Source: a bacterium
Lineage (GTDB): Bacteria > UBA9089 > CG2-30-40-21 > SBAY01
NCBI GenBank assembly: GCA_040757115.1
Contig: JBFLYA010000004.1
Location: forward strand, 1 to 46,934
Direction of reading: 5' to 3'
DNA length: 46,934 nucleotides
Below the pieces are notes generated by a model. It saw only the letters and a list, made by a program, of their open reading frames with translations, made no database searches and was not told the DNA's origin. Positions within the stretch are counted from its first letter, which is position 1, and each line of letters starts with the position of its first letter. The translations under genes were made by a program, and so were the position numbers. Shown piece by piece: positions 18,412 to 27,987 of this stretch.

Positions 18412-19806
18412 CTATTTTCTCACCCAGCGCAAAAGTGTAGGTTTAGAAATACCTAATACTTCAAGTGCTTTATTCTTACTTCCTACTTTTTCTACAGTTC
18501 TCTTAGCTAAAGACCGCAGAGTCTCATTCCATAATGAATTTCCTTTATATACTTTGATTAAATTATCAATTACCTCATCAAAGGTATTTACCCGTGATGA
18601 TAAAGATGCAGGAAAGCTACATATCTCAGCAGGGACATCTTCTACATCCAGATATTCACCCTTTCCTCGAATAATCATCCTCTGAATAATATTTTTCAGC
18701 TCCCGGATATTGCCAGGCCAATCATATTCTATCAACAAGTCTATCGCCTTTTGAGAAATACCTTTAAATTTTTTGGGAATTTCTCTCTCATATCTTTTAA
18801 TAAAATAATCGGCCAGGGATGGAATATCATCCTTCCTTTCTCGTAAAGGAGGAACATAAATAGGGTAGACATTTAAGCGATAGAAAATATCTACACGGAA
18901 CTCACCTTTAGATATAGCTTCCTCTAATTTCTTATTAGAGGCTGCAATAATTCGCACATCCACTTTTATTGGTTTTGTTCCACTAATCCGCTCGAACTCT
19001 TTATTTTCCAGCACTCTCAATAGCTTTGCCTGGAGAGGAAGACTCATATCACCTACTTCATCCAGGAATATTGTACCTCTGTCTGCCAGTTCAAACTTAC
19101 CTGGTTTGCCTTTAGGGTCTGCACCTGCAATTCCAGATCTTGGGGCATAACCAAATAATTCGCTTTCCAATAGGGTTTCCGGTATCGCAGCACAGTTTAC
19201 TACAATAAATGAGTTGTCTTTTCGGCGGCTATTCTCATAAATAAGTTTAGCTACAATCTCTTTACCTACTCCATTTTCTCCTCTGATCAAAACTGATGCA
19301 TCAGTCGCGGCTACCTCATTTATATTATCCCTGACTTTCTTAATACCCTCACTATTTCCCACCATCTCATCAAAACTACTCTTAATCTTTTCTCTTAAGT
19401 ATTTATTTTCATTAGCTATTTGGTATTGATCAAGCGCCTTCTGGACTCTAATCCTGATTTCATCTATAGAGAAGGGTTTAGTGATATAATCAAAAGCACC
19501 TTCTTTCATTGCATTTACTGCATTCTCAATAGTACCATAACCAGTAATTACAATCACCATCGTAGATGGATTTATCTCTTTTGCCCTCTTAACAACTTGT
19601 AAGCCACATTCTTCATCTAAAGGACCGTCTTCTTCACAAGGCATTTTCATATCAGTAATGATTAGATCAAATATCTCTTCTTTTATCTTTGTTACTGCTT
19701 CAGTCTCAGTAGCTGCCTCCTTCAGTTGATGTCCCATCTTCTGTAAAGTAATACAGATACTCTCACGAGCACTGCTTTCATCATCAACTACTAATATTTT
19801 ACTCAA
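18412..19806 (-). CDS. NtrC/PilR-like response regulator (REC-AAA+-HTH) with a non-canonical GAFTGA loop
   Basis: REC domain, GENGVGKE, NCAAIP...ESELFG, FLDEVGDM, WPGNIREL and a Fis-type HTH. Confidence 0.93.
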   Translation of the reverse strand: MSKILVVDDESSARESICITLQKMGHQLKEAATETEAVTKIKEEIFDLIITDMKMPCEEDGPLDEECGLQVVKRAKEINPSTMVIVITGYGTIENAVNAMKEGAFDYITKPFSIDEIRIRVQKALDQYQIANENKYLREKIKSSFDEMVGNSEGIKKVRDNINEVAATDASVLIRGENGVGKEIVAKLIYENSRRKDNSFIVVNCAAIPETLLESELFGYAPRSGIAGADPKGKPGKFELADRGTIFLDEVGDMSLPLQAKLLRVLENKEFERISGTKPIKVDVRIIAASNKKLEEAISKGEFRVDIFYRLNVYPIYVPPLRERKDDIPSLADYFIKRYEREIPKKFKGISQKAIDLLIEYDWPGNIRELKNIIQRMIIRGKGEYLDVEDVPAEICSFPASLSSRVNTFDEVIDNLIKVYKGNSLWNETLRSLAKRTVEKVGSKNKALEVLGISKPTLLRWVRK

Positions 19807-19828
19807 ACTATTAAACCTCCTTAAAATT

Positions 19829-21454
19829 TTAACCTTTATCTTCTACCTTAAATGGAAGAAGAACAGTAAAACTTGTTCCCTTTCTCTCCTCTGATTCAAA
19901 GTATATCTCTCCTCCATGACTGGTAATAATCTTATGGACAATCGCCAGTCCTAACCCTGTTCCTATCCCATTTTTGGTAGTAAAGAAAGGTGTAAAAATT
20001 TTATCCTGGATACTTTTGGGTATCCCGGAACCTGTATCACTTATCACAACTTTAATATATGAGTCTTTCTCATCATCTAAACTCAATAGAGTAGTACTCA
20101 CTTTAAGTGTGCCTCCATTAGACATTGCTTGAATAGAATTAAGAATAATGTTTAAGAATGCTCCCTTCATCTGATTATAATCAAGTTCAATTTTAGGCAA
20201 GTCAGGGGTTAACTCACGCTCAATTTTAATCTTAGTATTCTTCCCTGCCTCTGCAACTAATAGGGTGTTTTTTAAGAGGTTATTTACATCTGTTTGGATT
20301 AGTTCTAATGAGAGTGGTTTAGAGAAATCTTTCAATTGGGTAATTTTATTCGTTAAATTATTTACCTCAGATAAGATTTTTCTTGTATATCGGTGTTTTG
20401 AATCATCAGGATTTAACTCCTCACTTAAATTCTCTGTAAATAACCTGATTCCTACCAATGAGTTCCCAACTTCATGCCCAAACTTTGCCGCTATCATCCC
20501 TATATCTGCCAATCTTTCACTCAACCTTGTTCGTTCCTCTAATTCTGAAATTTGAGTTATATCATTAAATATTCCTATGGCACCAACTATATTACCTGCA
20601 CCATCGCACAATAAGGATGTGTTTACCTCTAATAATATCTTTCTGCCAGCATTCTCCACTAAAGTAATCTTTTTATTTCTAATCTTTTTTCCATTCTTCA
20701 AAGTCTTTATTAATATTTCAACAACGGACTTTTTAGATTCCGGAAGCACTTCGGTTATAAATCTTTCTTCCACATCTTCACTAAGCCCTATTATTTCACA
20801 GGCCCTTTTATTAATGGTAGTTATTCTCCCATCAGCATCTATCGTTAGAAGCCCACCTTCCATATTCTCAATAATATTCTCAGTTTCTTTCTTTAGATAC
20901 CCGGCTAATTGTTCGCTTACTTTATCTTTCTGCCTTACAATATATCCACTTGTTATTGCAATAATATAGAGAACCAATATTCTGTCAATCACCAGAGAAG
21001 AAGCAAATGTTTTACTTATATCTTGTGAAGAAAAAAAACTCTTACTCTCCAGGGTTCCTGTATAATCCAGGAAGATTAATAATCCGTAAAGGATGGAGAA
21101 AATAGTAGCAATTATAACACTTGCAGGTAAGGATAATACTATACTGGTAACTATTACTGTAATAAAAGAGGCTAAATAAAAGGGGCTTTGAACACCATCA
21201 GTATAATGGATAGTCAAGAGATGAACCAGAATATCAACTAATAAGGTGCAAAAACAGACCTCCCTTAACCACTTTTTCCTTTTAACCAGAGCTATTGCTG
21301 TCAAATTTGAGAGAATGGTAACACCTGTACCTATAAAATATGCGGCCCATGGAATGGTCTGTTTCTCTATCATTACTGTAAGCCATACAACTACATTAAC
21401 TGCCACGATCATAGTCCATCTTATGTTTATTAACAGCCATGCTTTTTTATCCAT
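19829..21454 (-). CDS. PilS-like membrane PAS sensor histidine kinase
   Basis: About six TM helices with D...TDGVQSPF, a PAS domain, H-box GHEVGN, DTGSG, FTPFFTTK and GTGLGL. Confidence 0.9.
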   Translation of the reverse strand: MDKKAWLLINIRWTMIVAVNVVVWLTVMIEKQTIPWAAYFIGTGVTILSNLTAIALVKRKKWLREVCFCTLLVDILVHLLTIHYTDGVQSPFYLASFITVIVTSIVLSLPASVIIATIFSILYGLLIFLDYTGTLESKSFFSSQDISKTFASSLVIDRILVLYIIAITSGYIVRQKDKVSEQLAGYLKKETENIIENMEGGLLTIDADGRITTINKRACEIIGLSEDVEERFITEVLPESKKSVVEILIKTLKNGKKIRNKKITLVENAGRKILLEVNTSLLCDGAGNIVGAIGIFNDITQISELEERTRLSERLADIGMIAAKFGHEVGNSLVGIRLFTENLSEELNPDDSKHRYTRKILSEVNNLTNKITQLKDFSKPLSLELIQTDVNNLLKNTLLVAEAGKNTKIKIERELTPDLPKIELDYNQMKGAFLNIILNSIQAMSNGGTLKVSTTLLSLDDEKDSYIKVVISDTGSGIPKSIQDKIFTPFFTTKNGIGTGLGLAIVHKIITSHGGEIYFESEERKGTSFTVLLPFKVEDKG

Positions 21455-22127
21455 TTATCTTCACCGTTGCCTTCTTTTGGTCAATTACCCTCTGCCAAAC
21501 TCGCAATGTTGTAAAACAAAGTATCGCAATACCAGGATATCCAATGATAACTTCATAGGGAATTCCAAGAGGCGAAATAGGAAAGACAATCGCATGGTAG
21601 TCCCACATATTCCAGGCCTTATAGCATAGTGTTTCATGAATACTACCGATAATACACATTGAGCCAGCATCACAGAGTAATAATAAAGGATCAAAAGGAT
21701 TTATTTGAGGCTCCCCTTTTACCCCTCTATAAAACTCTTCTGAAACTACCTGGGAGAGAACCATTACAAAGAGCCAGCCGAAGAGTATTGATAGCGGAAG
21801 ATCACGCCAGATTGGCATTGGACATTTGTATGTCCAGCACTGTTCTGTAAGAATCTCCCAACCAATTGCAAAGATAAGAACAGGTATCACCATTACCGGA
21901 ATATTATATCTTTTTAGTAAAGAAATAACACTTACACATATAAGAAATTCCAGATAGATGATGAATTCACCATCAATAAGATAGCCCAAATTCCAGTAAT
22001 ATACTACTACCCCAATAAACGCCCCGAGTATCCCCCATCTCACCTCCCATTTATCTCCTTTAATAAACAGAGAAAGCACAAACAAAAATGCAATTCCAAT
22101 AAAAAGGTATGTGTGTGACTGTAACAT
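21447..22127 (-). CDS. Integral membrane protein with a duplicated E...WxY...P motif (lycopene-cyclase/CruF-like)
   Basis: WEILTEQCWTY...DLPL and HETL...WDY...GIPYE; the family assignment is tentative. Confidence 0.55.
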   Translation of the reverse strand: MLQSHTYLFIGIAFLFVLSLFIKGDKWEVRWGILGAFIGVVVYYWNLGYLIDGEFIIYLEFLICVSVISLLKRYNIPVMVIPVLIFAIGWEILTEQCWTYKCPMPIWRDLPLSILFGWLFVMVLSQVVSEEFYRGVKGEPQINPFDPLLLLCDAGSMCIIGSIHETLCYKAWNMWDYHAIVFPISPLGIPYEVIIGYPGIAILCFTTLRVWQRVIDQKKATVKING

Positions 22128-22143
22128 TTTTCATTCACCTCTT

Positions 22144-23469
22144 TTAAAATTTATATTGGCAGTCAATGATGTAGGTATCACTACCCCACCCATATTCTAC
22201 TCCATTCAATGTTTCTGTATCACAATTGTGGAGATAGCAGATATCACACATCCATGAGTCCCTTTCATATCCCACCCCTAAAGAAATATATTTCTTATCT
22301 ACATCTATAATCTTCGCAAAATCTACTCCTTTGGTTGGGACAGGAGATGGATCGCTAAAAGCTCCTATGCGTAGTGCCCATTGCTCATTAGCCCTGAACT
22401 CAAGCCCAATCCTCAGTCGATCAGTATTGTCCCAATTTGACCTCTTAGGCTCAACATCCTTTAGAAGTAAAGTACCCGTTCCTGGATCAATCTCAAAATC
22501 CACATCTTCTTTCATATCTACCCAATATGTCCTTACCCACTCTCCTGTAATAGTGAGTTTAGGGTTTATTCTGTATGCTATTCCCATACCAAGGGTTGCC
22601 GGATAAACAAACTTTTGGGTATAATCACTCTTCTCCACAACTGAAATCAAAAGTGGTGGAGGGGTAGTACTGGTTCCAATAGGGGATTGAATTTCAGCCG
22701 AACCAGCCAGGCTAAGAATAGAACCACTTCGATATACTCCACCAATTCTAATGTTTGCTCCCGGCTCGAACAATAGACCTAAAATCCCCTCTACCCCCAT
22801 ACCATTACCTCTCATATTGGAGTCAAAAATATAGTTATATAAAGCAGGAAGGGTAGGATGAGAATATTCCTTTTTAGCTTTAATTTCAAGACTTCCATAA
22901 ACTAAGTTCAATCCTGTCCCGATTGAAAGCTCAGGCAGGAGTTTTTTAGACAGAGAGATATTGGACACAAGAATAAACAACTTATTAAAGTAGGAACCAT
23001 AAATATCAGCATTAGAAGAGGCATCCTTCATTCTATCCTCCCACTCAAAGGCATAAGCATTTGGGGTGTATAAACCAGCACCAATAGTAAAGTTGTTATT
23101 ACGCTGGTATCCTCCTACACCAATCAGATAATCATCTCCCCTAACTTTCTCCTTATTAAACCTGGAAGGTTCGGTGGGATAGGCAAATCCAAAAGGACCA
23201 TCTGTCCCATTTGCTATCGAATTCTTATCTGTAAATTTTATTATGGGATACCCAATACTTATTCCTGCTTTCCTTTTATGAAGAGTAGCTAATCCGGCAG
23301 GATTCCAGTAGATAGCTGTCCAATCATCAGCCAGACCAATAAAGGCACCACCCATACTTACAGCCCTTGCTCCTAATCCACAGAACTCATAGCCACCAGC
23401 ATGAAGCACAGGAATAGCTGCCATTATCCAAAATATCCCCCATATTACTACTAAACCTCTTTTCCTCAT
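22144..23469 (-). CDS. OmpP1/FadL family outer-membrane transporter
   Basis: Signal peptide, GARAVSMGGAF...ADD...YWNPAGL hatch motif and C-terminal Phe. Confidence 0.9.
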   Translation of the reverse strand: MRKRGLVVIWGIFWIMAAIPVLHAGGYEFCGLGARAVSMGGAFIGLADDWTAIYWNPAGLATLHKRKAGISIGYPIIKFTDKNSIANGTDGPFGFAYPTEPSRFNKEKVRGDDYLIGVGGYQRNNNFTIGAGLYTPNAYAFEWEDRMKDASSNADIYGSYFNKLFILVSNISLSKKLLPELSIGTGLNLVYGSLEIKAKKEYSHPTLPALYNYIFDSNMRGNGMGVEGILGLLFEPGANIRIGGVYRSGSILSLAGSAEIQSPIGTSTTPPPLLISVVEKSDYTQKFVYPATLGMGIAYRINPKLTITGEWVRTYWVDMKEDVDFEIDPGTGTLLLKDVEPKRSNWDNTDRLRIGLEFRANEQWALRIGAFSDPSPVPTKGVDFAKIIDVDKKYISLGVGYERDSWMCDICYLHNCDTETLNGVEYGWGSDTYIIDCQYKF

Positions 23470-24807
23470 TTATAACCTCCCTCCACCATCTTCTATATAT
23501 CTGGCAATACATTTAATTTCCTCTATAGTATAACATGTTGCTGGGGCAGAATAATCCCTTTTTACTATAAAGGTAGCGACCTCCCTTGCTGGCCAGGGTC
23601 TCTTCACTGTCTGAATTTCCCAGGAGCCATCTCCTTTTATCTTTGCAAAGGTAAATCCTTCTCCTCCATCTGCATAAGGATGGATGTACCATTTATCGGT
23701 TTTAACATACACCACCACCTTATACTGGCTGTATTGGCTCTTATCTAAACCAAATACCCTTCCACGAATATAACTATCTGGCACTATCTCATCTATTTTT
23801 ATCGACACCTCTTCTTCTTCAATAACTTTTAGTGACAGATAATCCCAGAATAGCCATCTACCAGAATTTGGAGGACTTGCATTCTCTAAGATGAGTGTAT
23901 TTGTACCGGATTTTGTCTTCGCGTTATCTATTTTGATCTCATGCGTCTTCTCTTTATCCAGGATACTCTTAGAGGTAGAAAATTTGTATACACCAAGCGA
24001 TTGTGGTTTTTCACCATTAGCCAGGGTAATTACTCTTATTGAAAAATCATCTCCAGCTCCACCACAGGTGTCAAGGATTAGGGCTAAATCTTTATCTGCC
24101 TGTTCCTCAGTAAGAGAATAGTGAATATAGATTGGGGTTCGTTCTCCATCATTTATCTCTTTAGGGAATTCATCCGGCGGGTCCCCTCCATTATAATGCC
24201 AGGGGAAAGGACCAGGGAATTTTGGTAATTGATTAAACTCCCCAAAGCTATTATCATCCTTACCAATTTCCCAGATTAAGGGAGATAATGGAGGAAGAAT
24301 CTCAGAAAATAACTGACTTCCTAAACAATCAATCTTCTCAGGAATATTTTTATCTTGTTCTTCAAAGGTAATAATCTTAGATGTTCTTATAGTAAGCTCT
24401 ATCATATTTATGAGTCTCACAATCACTATTATTTGCTTATTCAACTTTGTAATCTTGCCTGTGGCATAAAAATTTGCCCCTAATCCTTTCAACTCTATTA
24501 TAGTTTTAGAATCTATTATCCCTTTCATCTCTTCATTAAATGCTATCACATCCAAAATCTCTGGTATGCTTTCTCTTTCAATAATTTCTATTCTATCTCC
24601 TCCATACTTCTTAAACGCAGTGGTTAATAAATCAGGGATTGCCCACTGCTCAACTTCTTTAACCCCTGAGATATTTTTAAATTCTGGGGCTACCAGTATC
24701 CGAATCTGGTCTCCTTGAGCAGAGGATGGGACTGAGCAGCTAAAGAACAAGATAGCCGCTGCACATAAAACAGTAAATCTTTCTTTTGATATATTTAATC
24801 TACACAT
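23470..24807 (-). CDS. Secreted protein: CsgG/HfaB-like domain, CBM-like domain and a C-terminal beta domain (paralogue A)
   Basis: Signal peptide, IEIIERE...LGA...GKI...VRLI (CsgG-like) and IWEIG..DNS..EF...GTNTL...WDYLSL (PL4 domain III-like). RBS GGAGGTG. Confidence 0.75.
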   Translation of the reverse strand: MCRLNISKERFTVLCAAAILFFSCSVPSSAQGDQIRILVAPEFKNISGVKEVEQWAIPDLLTTAFKKYGGDRIEIIERESIPEILDVIAFNEEMKGIIDSKTIIELKGLGANFYATGKITKLNKQIIVIVRLINMIELTIRTSKIITFEEQDKNIPEKIDCLGSQLFSEILPPLSPLIWEIGKDDNSFGEFNQLPKFPGPFPWHYNGGDPPDEFPKEINDGERTPIYIHYSLTEEQADKDLALILDTCGGAGDDFSIRVITLANGEKPQSLGVYKFSTSKSILDKEKTHEIKIDNAKTKSGTNTLILENASPPNSGRWLFWDYLSLKVIEEEEVSIKIDEIVPDSYIRGRVFGLDKSQYSQYKVVVYVKTDKWYIHPYADGGEGFTFAKIKGDGSWEIQTVKRPWPAREVATFIVKRDYSAPATCYTIEEIKCIARYIEDGGGRL

Positions 24808-24850
24808 CTTAACACACCTCCTATAATATTTTTGTAGGGACAACCTGACA
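23831..24850. repeat. About 1-kb direct repeat, copy 1 (copy 2 at 26943-27967)
   Basis: Near-identical DNA covering the upstream leader and shared domains of paralogues A and B. Confidence 0.92.
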
Positions 24851-24904
24851 GAGGTGCTACCTCCTTGTAGTTGTCCATTGGTTCAAATTTCGGCTTAAAT
24901 CCTT

Positions 24905-25069
24905 TCACCTCCTTGCATCTAAAACTCTCCTCAAAGTTTTTACTTCTTGTTCAGCTTCTTCAATAGTTTCCGGTCCTAATTCCGGTTGAACACCATGACT
25001 GACCAGTATATCTTTCATCTGTTCTGCACTTACTCCAGCAATAATAGCTGCCTTACCTACAGAGATTCC
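24905..25069 (-). pseudogene. UPF0175-like antitoxin C-terminal fragment
   Basis: GISVGKAAIIAGVSAEQMKDILVSHGV..., in frame behind the TGA of 25070-25261. Confidence 0.55.
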
Positions 25070-25261
25070 TCAAGGAAGATCAAACAATCCTTCAATAGTT
25101 TGGGGACAGTCTTTAGCTTCAGTATTTCCATGAATAACTAAAATCCCTTTTCCTTCTTCTACTAATAGTTCCTGGTGAGGCAAAAAGCCACATTTTTCAT
25201 AGATCACCTCAGGAATGTGCACCTTTTGTCCCTCTCCTTTTTCCAGAATTAATCTCTCCAT
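25070..25261 (-). CDS. Small AbrB/MazE-like protein, copy 1
   Basis: GQKVHIPEVIYEKCGF...LLVEEGKGILVI pattern. Confidence 0.5.
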   Translation of the reverse strand: MERLILEKGEGQKVHIPEVIYEKCGFLPHQELLVEEGKGILVIHGNTEAKDCPQTIEGLFDLP

Positions 25262-25365
25262 AAATTGACACTTCCTTTGCTATTTGGAATACTTTGGATA
25301 GTGTTATTCAAACCAGGCCGTTACTTTTAAATCCTTTATTTCACCTGACCCAAAGACAAATCCTA
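25072..25365. repeat. 294-bp direct repeat, copy 1 (copy 2 at 26266-26559)
   Basis: Near-identical DNA including the last ~19 codons of paralogue B and the AbrB-like ORF. Confidence 0.92.
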
Positions 25366-25379
25366 AAAATTCTCCTTTT

Positions 25380-25907
25380 TTAGTCGGGAGCATTCTTTAT
25401 AATCTCCTGTTTTGTTTCTGTATAGATAACATTCTCTCTCCAGTTCCTTTCTGTCCGTAATTTCTCGATCAGTTCTAACACATCATCATAGTTTAACAAA
25501 CTTAACAAGAACAAGGTAATGAGGAAGAATGTGCTATAATAGGTAAGAATTTTATCCCCAATACGCTTAATTGCCTTCAGGTCATCTGTAATTAGAGGAA
25601 GTTCTTTATCTCTTGCCAAATTATAGCACTCATTATCTACTGGGTCTAAGTACCGGATATTTTCTTTCAATCTTACCTCTTCTATAATAAAATTTTCTTG
25701 ATAAGTAAGAATTTTTTTAGCTATCCTGCCTAATCTATCCTCATACCTTGTAAAATCTTCCAATTCTCCTATTACACCTTTAGGGACTACAATTTCAGCA
25801 ATAGAAAGGACTGGCTCAATCATCTCTATTAACCCTAAGGAGATTAAAGCTGATGTATCAATGATAAACCTATCTTTTGTGAATTTGCTTTTTGAGTTTT
25901 TCTGCAT
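25380..25907 (-). CDS. PIN-domain (VapC-like) toxin
   Basis: FIIDTSALI, V..EL, D...LA and LITDD acidic PIN pattern. Confidence 0.8.
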   Translation of the reverse strand: MQKNSKSKFTKDRFIIDTSALISLGLIEMIEPVLSIAEIVVPKGVIGELEDFTRYEDRLGRIAKKILTYQENFIIEEVRLKENIRYLDPVDNECYNLARDKELPLITDDLKAIKRIGDKILTYYSTFFLITLFLLSLLNYDDVLELIEKLRTERNWRENVIYTETKQEIIKNAPD

Positions 25908-26190
25908 ATCTAATTCCACCTTTAACACTCCTTTTTGCAATTGTCTTTAAATCTTCTACCTCTTTGACAAACTCATCTCCTAACAGGCTCTGTAGACCAT
26001 CTTTTGTAATAATTCCTTTGAGGTAAAGATTACACACCTCCGAGAGTAATCTATCTTTTTCATAGTGAATTAAATTAGTTAACGCTGTAGTTGTCCATCT
26101 ATCAGGAGTCGAATCATTCAGTTTAGAGATAATAGTTATATCTCTTAATATCTCCTTTGGAACTTTAATTTCTAATTCTGTTACTTCCAT
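25870..26190 (-). CDS. Putative antitoxin of the PIN toxin
   Basis: Small ORF overlapping the PIN gene start; RBS GGAGGTG before ATG 26190; LYLKGIIT motif. Confidence 0.65.
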   Translation of the reverse strand: MEVTELEIKVPKEILRDITIISKLNDSTPDRWTTTALTNLIHYEKDRLLSEVCNLYLKGIITKDGLQSLLGDEFVKEVEDLKTIAKRSVKGGIRYAEKLKKQIHKR

Positions 26191-26455
26191 TTTGCAACAC
26201 CTCCTTTTCTTCATTGAAATCTCCACTTCCGTATCCTCCAAGTGCTCTGGATATTAATGAGCCAGAAGGAAGATCAAACAATCCTTCAATAGTTTGGGGA
26301 CAGTCTTTAGCTTCAGTATTTCCATGAATAACTAAAATCCCTTTTCCTTCTTCTACTAATACTTCCTGGTGAGACAAAAAGCCACATTTTTCATAGATCA
26401 CCTCAGGAATGTGCACCTTTTGTCCCTCTCCTTTTTCCAGAATTAATCTCTCCAT
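26165..26455 (-). CDS. Small AbrB/MazE-like protein, copy 2
   Basis: Near-identical to copy 1 up to FDLP, then a different tail. Confidence 0.5.
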   Translation of the reverse strand: MERLILEKGEGQKVHIPEVIYEKCGFLSHQEVLVEEGKGILVIHGNTEAKDCPQTIEGLFDLPSGSLISRALGGYGSGDFNEEKEVLQNGSNRIRN

Positions 26456-26497
26456 AAATTGATACTTCCTTTGCTATTTGGAATACTTTGGATAGTG

Positions 26498-27919
26498 TTA
26501 TTCAAACCAGGCCGTTACTTTTAAGTCCTTTATTTCACCTGGACCAAAGACAAATCCTACCTTTCGTAAAACTCCGTTAGAAACTACTTTTTCCGGAATC
26601 TTGTAACTAAATGTTCCATCAGCTTTGTAAATAAATTCCGGATCATCCGCCCGTACATTTCCATCCTCACAGTGTAGTCCAAAATCTTCAACTCCAACTA
26701 TTATCTTAAGCATCTTATTCATATTGAAGAATTCAGACTTATTGCTTCCTTCGATCCTGACGGTTAGAGTTCTTCTTTCTCCTATCTCAAAATAACCAGC
26801 TTTTGTATATCCTCTATAACTACTACTCAACCCATTTGCAACAAAGTAACTTCCATCTGGAGATGGTTGTATTTTTATGTTTCCAAATGGATAGAATCCT
26901 ACACATCTTATTGGAACTGGTTTTGCTTTTTCATCAATTATAAGTGACAGATAATCCCAGAATAGCCATCTACCAGAATTTGGAGGACTTGCATTCTCTA
27001 AGATGAGTGTATTTGTACCGGATTTTGTCTTCGCGTTATCTATTTTGATCTCATGCCTCTTCTCTTTATCCAGGATACTCTTAGAGGTAGAAAATTTGTA
27101 TACACCAAGCGATTGTGGTTTTTCACCATTAGCCAGGGTAATTACTCTTATTGAAAAATCATCTCCAGCTCCACCACAGGCGTCAAGGATTAGGGCTAAA
27201 TCTTTATCTGCCTGTTCCTCAGTAAGAGAATAGTGAATATAGATTGGGGTTCGTTCTCCATCATTTATCTCTTTAGGGAATTCATCCGGTGGGTTCCCTC
27301 CATTATAATGCCAGGGGAAAGGACCAGGGAATTTTGGTAATTGATTAAACTCCCCAAAGCTATTATCATCCTTACCAATTTCCCAGATTAAGGGAGATAA
27401 TGGAGGAAGAATCTCATAAATTAACTGACTTCCTAAACAATCAATCTTCTCAGGAATATTTTTATCTTCTTCTTCAAAGGTAATAATCTTAGATGTTCTT
27501 ATAGTAAGCTCTATCATATTTATGAGTCTCACAATCACTATTATTTGCTTATTCAACTTTGTAATCTTGCCTGTGGCATAAAAATTTGCCCCTAATCCCC
27601 TCAACTCTGTTACAGTTTTAGAATCCACTATTCCTCTCATCTCTTCTTCAAATGCTATCACATCCAAAATCTCTGGTATGCTTTCTCTTTCAATAATTTC
27701 TATTCTATCTTCTCCATACTTCTTAAACGCAGTGGTTAATAAATCAGGGATTGCCAACTGCTCAATTTCTTTAACCCCTGAGATATTTTTAAATTCTGGG
27801 GCTACCAGTATCCGAATCTGGTCTCCTTGAGCAGAGAATGGGACTGAGCAGCTAAAGAACAAGATAGCCGCTGCACATAAAACAGTAAATCTACCTTTTG
27901 ATATACTTGAACTAAACAT
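26498..27919 (-). CDS. Secreted CsgG-like + CBM-like protein with a different C-terminal domain (paralogue B)
   Basis: Near-identical to paralogue A up to WDYLSL, then an unrelated ~145-aa domain. Confidence 0.75.
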   Translation of the reverse strand: MFSSSISKGRFTVLCAAAILFFSCSVPFSAQGDQIRILVAPEFKNISGVKEIEQLAIPDLLTTAFKKYGEDRIEIIERESIPEILDVIAFEEEMRGIVDSKTVTELRGLGANFYATGKITKLNKQIIVIVRLINMIELTIRTSKIITFEEEDKNIPEKIDCLGSQLIYEILPPLSPLIWEIGKDDNSFGEFNQLPKFPGPFPWHYNGGNPPDEFPKEINDGERTPIYIHYSLTEEQADKDLALILDACGGAGDDFSIRVITLANGEKPQSLGVYKFSTSKSILDKEKRHEIKIDNAKTKSGTNTLILENASPPNSGRWLFWDYLSLIIDEKAKPVPIRCVGFYPFGNIKIQPSPDGSYFVANGLSSSYRGYTKAGYFEIGERRTLTVRIEGSNKSEFFNMNKMLKIIVGVEDFGLHCEDGNVRADDPEFIYKADGTFSYKIPEKVVSNGVLRKVGFVFGPGEIKDLKVTAWFE

Positions 27920-27987
27920 TTTAAAGCACCTCCTATAATATATATTTTTGTAGGGACAGCCTGTCAGCTGATGTATCAATGATAAAT

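Noticed and set aside
25070-25072. Selenocysteine or recoded TGA
   Set aside because: The TGA coincides with a duplication breakpoint, there is no redox motif and tpiA uses TGA as a normal stop.
23831-27967. Diversity-generating retroelement template/variable repeat pair
   Set aside because: The differences I checked are not adenine-specific (TCC/TTC, TGG/TTG), both copies are coding and there is no reverse transcriptase.
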